Notes under the pieces: generated by a model
What the model was told of the DNA's origin: nothing
The model's database searches: none
The model's input: the letters and a program-made list of their open reading frames with translations, nothing else
Shown: one piece after another, positions 44,201-46,060 of the stretch
Position numbering within the stretch: position 1 is the first letter of the stretch
How the letters are laid out: each line of letters opens with the position of its first letter
Program-made: the position numbers and the translations under genes
Source: Candidatus Poseidoniales archaeon
GTDB taxonomy: Archaea > Thermoplasmatota > Poseidoniia > Poseidoniales > Poseidoniaceae
Direction of reading: 5' to 3'
Length of the DNA stretch: 46,060 bases
Assembly: GCA_003602635.1 (NCBI GenBank)
Contig: QQSJ01000039.1
Span: 1-46,060, forward strand

Positions 44201-46060
44201 GTAGCGGATTTCGTGGTCGCGGTCCACGGTCTGACCGGGTGCGCCTTCGTAATCCTGAACGGTGTATTGGCCTTCGAGACCAATCACGCTGGTGTAGAGC
44301 TCCATCATGTTCGCCTCAGACAGGCCCTGAACGAGCAACTGCACGGTCATGGCCAGACGAGCGTTTGAACGGTGGATGTGGGTCGACACGGAGTTGAACT
44401 CTTCAGCGAGGTCGGCCGTGTACCAGTAGTCGCCAAACACATAGTGCGTGACTTCGAAGGTGGTGTCGGTCTGCAAGCGCACGTTGTTGTTGAAGGTCCG
44501 GTTCGCGTCCTCTTGGGACAGGAAATCCGTGCCGTCACAGGAACTGGCCAGGCTCTCGGCGCAGGCGAGAATCTCGCCGTCCTTCCAAAGACGCCATCGG
44601 TCATCGGAACTGCTCGTTCCGTCGTCGTTGAGCTTGTGACCCTGGGTCATCACGGTGTCACGGTTGGTCTGCACCACGGAGAAGGACGCGTCAAGCACCT
44701 CGACGGGGAGGCTGAGGTCGCGCTCTTCGCCCTCAATGAGGCGGGTGACGTCGGTGAATTCGGTGCCGTCGTTGATGTCCAAGAGGGCATCGTACTGTGC
44801 ATCGGTGAGGTGTTCCTGCAGAATGGCGTCGAACGCAGGCGTGAAGATCGTCTCATGGCCACGGTCCGAGGCATACATACGGTCAGCCTCAGCGAGTTGC
44901 CAGAACCACATGGCCGCCAAGTCGGCTTCGCCACGTGCGAGGAGCATGTTTCCTGTGGCGGGGATACCCGACTGGAAGTTGTCAGAAACGGAGGGGTGGT
45001 CGCCAGAGGTCAAGGCTTGGAAACCGTAGTCCCACCACGACACGAAGGCGGGCTTCTCAGAATACGGTTGTTCGGCGTCTTGTTCAGCGAGCCATGCATA
45101 CGCATCGTTCCATCCCTGTTGGTTGAAACTGCTGCCGAAGGAACCGAGGTAGCGCATGCCACCGTCCTCGTACCCGGTCGGGTTCAGGAAGGAGAAGCCT
45201 GCAACGTCCCAGCGGAGGATGTCGGGCATGATGTTGAACAACGTCTCGTCGATGTCATCCTCGGCTGGAGAAGAGCCGGGGATACCTGCGTCAAGACCGT
45301 AGGTCATGTGCTGGCCACCAAGCATGATCAGAACGAGCATGATGGCGCTGAACTGAGGCGTGCGCCAAACGGCCTTGCGCGTGGCCGTGATCCGGTCAGC
45401 AGGCGTACGAACACCCATGCGCCGCATCTTTCGGGACATTTCCTTGGTGCCAGACCAGCCCCAGAGACCCACGGCGCCCCACGCGCCAAGCACGGCCAAA
45501 GCCGGAGTGGCGTTGAAGATGAAACGGGCAGCTGTCCAGGACATGAAGATGGCCAGAAGGACCCACGTGGCCATGAAGATGTGCTCATGGCGTCGCTGGC
45601 GCGTTCCGCGCCACAGCGCGATGATGCCCATGCTGAGGGCCAAGATGAACACGATTGGTCCAAACGATGCAAAGAGCAGTCCACGGTCCGGAGCGTTGGC
45701 TTCGGCGACCGTGCCGAAAATCTTGGTCTTGGTGAAGTATCCAGCGCCCGTGAACAACACGTTGAACGCGTTGGATTGCTCGAAGTACTGGAGCACCCAA
45801 ATCACGACCACGAAGACGACGGCGGCTCCGGTCAGGGAACCGAGCACGAGCAACCACGGCTTGTCTCGGAAGCCCGTGGTCACGTAAGCGATGGCCGTCG
45901 TGAATCCGAGCACGAAGAGCAAGGGCTGGAGGCCCGTACCGCTGAAGACCAAGTCCATGCCAGGGTAGGCGTAGAACGGCATGGCGAGCAGCAACGTCGT
46001 GCACAGCATGGTCAACATGAGCATGTTGAGCGTCGTGCTGTCCTTGTTGCGGAACATGTT
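38291..46060 (-). CDS. aglB: Giant oligosaccharyltransferase AglB/STT3 with a long extracellular array of carboxypeptidase-regulatory/prealbumin-like and CARDB-like domains and a C-terminal TM; 5'-truncated
   Basis: Multi-TM N-terminal region, TVAEA, SWWDYG (45023-45040), DNFQSG; repeated 'TD.xG.Y.F' and 'V.G.V' modules; C-terminal TILAVIVVAIVGLVTWGG-SRSGSRRF. The frame is open to the window end. Confidence 0.92.
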   Translation of the reverse strand, partial: NMFRNKDSTTLNMLMLTMLCTTLLLAMPFYAYPGMDLVFSGTGLQPLLFVLGFTTAIAYVTTGFRDKPWLLVLGSLTGAAVVFVVVIWVLQYFEQSNAFNVLFTGAGYFTKTKIFGTVAEANAPDRGLLFASFGPIVFILALSMGIIALWRGTRQRRHEHIFMATWVLLAIFMSWTAARFIFNATPALAVLGAWGAVGLWGWSGTKEMSRKMRRMGVRTPADRITATRKAVWRTPQFSAIMLVLIMLGGQHMTYGLDAGIPGSSPAEDDIDETLFNIMPDILRWDVAGFSFLNPTGYEDGGMRYLGSFGSSFNQQGWNDAYAWLAEQDAEQPYSEKPAFVSWWDYGFQALTSGDHPSVSDNFQSGIPATGNMLLARGEADLAAMWFWQLAEADRMYASDRGHETIFTPAFDAILQEHLTDAQYDALLDINDGTEFTDVTRLIEGEERDLSLPVEVLDASFSVVQTNRDTVMTQGHKLNDDGTSSSDDRWRLWKDGEILACAESLASSCDGTDFLSQEDANRTFNNNVRLQTDTTFEVTHYVFGDYWYTADLAEEFNSVSTHIHRSNARLAMTVQLLVQGLSEANMMELYTSVIGLEGQYTVQDYEGAPGQTVDRDHEIRYFAVDNRLYPRAGRYTADAQYNGGQPMGIFAAPTILSGQDPTTFLTEVYETQRGAFSDEMTREEVDEAIRQDVLNQQAGAEIDPVQIIDVRADHTAEFFDTMVARAYVGYGASTLGVASDGSNPQPAQHFGQSGSPGTFMSQALPLPGAMMNHFVLANYNDDTTVENSYGQANSMVKILKFYPGAEMTGQVTFADDGQPLENVRLLIERDAFSGESGEDLDEDTYWIPIGFVDTDAEGRYSFMAPAGHIRVSAFIGEYEPTAARNAIQDGSFTENLGDILAEYNDDRTVNDITAILGEVANMTWVGESHLNVSADEANRVVALDRTADVSVASSGVSGVVTWIGDESFAGEPLVDTTFILRDIWSYTENHTVVTNNGSFTTDETRILQGTGEVTFTENGTFESDGVAVARGFTGTYTRQLTGDRIHTANGTWTGRGIIDGWVSEADLVNASDCLDNNARTPDNTSVCTMTGEDNATKYLFEGTVEASGRVETLSPTVVVRDVVGQTFEGAGVFEGVGTLNGTGLFAGQGDFSGPMVQPGSFYKTGLLPGVYNMVAVLPNGRNVLLPDPVEVGIEASYDLEMTMPGAVFADVLEDMDGNILPNTIIEMVDTGLGLDAAVTIVTDENGSFTQGPIPSGEYYYRVDVDQDGWYEVNATFSVQDEPQNITLAYPVPPMTDVTIQLEAPFGGDGQPTLDVANRTVTLTNDAPELDPYVVVSDENGVVYAEVPIGMYTVSDDGDADQLLLARLDVGEEDFGVTMTYAASTWLNGTVSAPMAGVDYDAWLESERETEAVTQLEVTATSADGLTFTAITGDANSDNQGQFSMRVPTDATYSLTMYSISTSYGHGSLVNVTDGMEDLDIIIEPTELITGALYHIDNSTTWNSQIPGWVPVEMTATSAEGVVWQATSNEDGSFLYHLPVGVYDISVVEDVTYNATSDDDVVVTRGPEQVNEPASLYLNPGGHTLMFNVFQDVAGDGNVSNGSMVTPAFAIVPSTEHGERINVTADMYAANGTLSVDMPIGTYVLEFEAQDAASENASDYALAPSQALSAIVVGLPLPGDAIDVALVDEWRVNGSIVDANGSELRPQGDSMLLVSSDGEDYRSLDVDENGTFADYVPSGDWIAVIGAYEGDLGTELLRQTVQVSENSARVDLALATVVSAEVQLHLREALSERNLSGFRMTLVSAHGLGNVSLDLTDDDGLVTEPMMPGTWSVHMERQDVQDRWTLDTSATPFTVAAGESLNVTDLMASHEVEIGGRLYWDLDDDNTPDADEGVSGVLMNITSLDGTTFVSNVTSDDNGVWQLFVPVRTSYEVEGSKEGFADIAYDLDGNGSYVVNDSAMSEDLQVSVGLVDVSGAVIDDVDSTRLDGATVVLQPASGLARDAITVTNTAFDGTTLTWSAEVEPGAWVVVVQQANLGENDGAVAIDLLDASVGSGGHLNQTMTIGGFIDLQTSWTGIDLVEYHLGSASDGASMISEAPTVTVDLDGEVAWDVTLGADGAISLLVPSGRVSFAADMVTVQHALALNMSYEGSTVTNVAADRQELTLTLDRRADRDLLVDVGTVDQDTVESFTNDESGVDIQAKQDGAYEHTAVEFTVDVTYDGTEFEDVFTATGNAGNAPDAADWSVEFWNETGETWQSSIEVRLGIGEDASTDDVPMEATLKVRVNLPDQNTSLSLQNGHSVNVLLTTETGEFTERSVTVRVPIVRGFDVEAMDDRAGIGSGDVQTLTTMLTNTGNGDATYTFEVVQNYDATLWEVTPATSTITVAAGDSRSQAFNVRSDEAFESGELEITVGVSEVGGSSDSLTLTVVYAQISLSVNQSLAVQRSDNTAEQESTTIVIPVTNSGERDAIDSVIVYARQQDADQDYQQVTISVPAGETVDAAFDVGKMTNGNKRFEFYIEVTGDDEDYATIASDTEGSGDEPVDFQIRFNIETTTSNSGMGQTILAVIVVAIVGLVTWGGLSMSRSGSRRF

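Noticed and set aside
41117..44368. 1,083 aa plus-strand ORF, and similar long ORFs at 21413-22957, 23936-25399, 35306-36934 and 38888-40984
   Set aside because: Antisense shadows of real genes. GC-biased codon usage leaves the mirror frame stop-poor; the translations are V/H/G/R-rich with no motifs.
38291..46060. Intein or mobile insertion explaining the AglB length
   Set aside because: No intein splice-junction or LAGLIDADG motifs were recognised; the extra length is extracellular beta-sandwich repeats.

Overview
Gene-dense, GC-rich (roughly 60-65% by eye, not computed) archaeal chromosomal segment. It most likely comes from Thermoplasmatota, probably Marine Group II (Ca. Poseidoniales); this is inferred from the archaeal-type uS15, ArcS, AglB, a bacterial-type DnaJ and very large acidic surface proteins. 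The left ~13 kb is housekeeping or conserved: rps15 followed by a degenerate RecJ/DHH-like gene, arcS, dnaJ, a GT2 glycosyltransferase, a UPF0201 protein and an unusual pyroglutamyl-peptidase/NUDIX fusion. The remaining ~33 kb is a cell-envelope super-cluster. It holds a giant (>2,580 aa, 5'-truncated) AglB/STT3 oligosaccharyltransferase, a membrane-anchored subtilase without an obvious propeptide, three giant surface proteins (beta-helix/Ig-like; TSP3-like Ca-binding repeats; propeller/Ig-like), a wHTH-STAND-TPR regulator coupled to the beta-helix gene behind a palindromic operator-like site, a metallo-beta-lactamase gene followed by three class III (type IV pilin-like) signal peptide genes, and a Zn-metalloprotease lipoprotein. 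No rRNA, tRNA, CRISPR array or mobile element was recognised. All family calls come from motif recognition by eye and have not been searched against databases.
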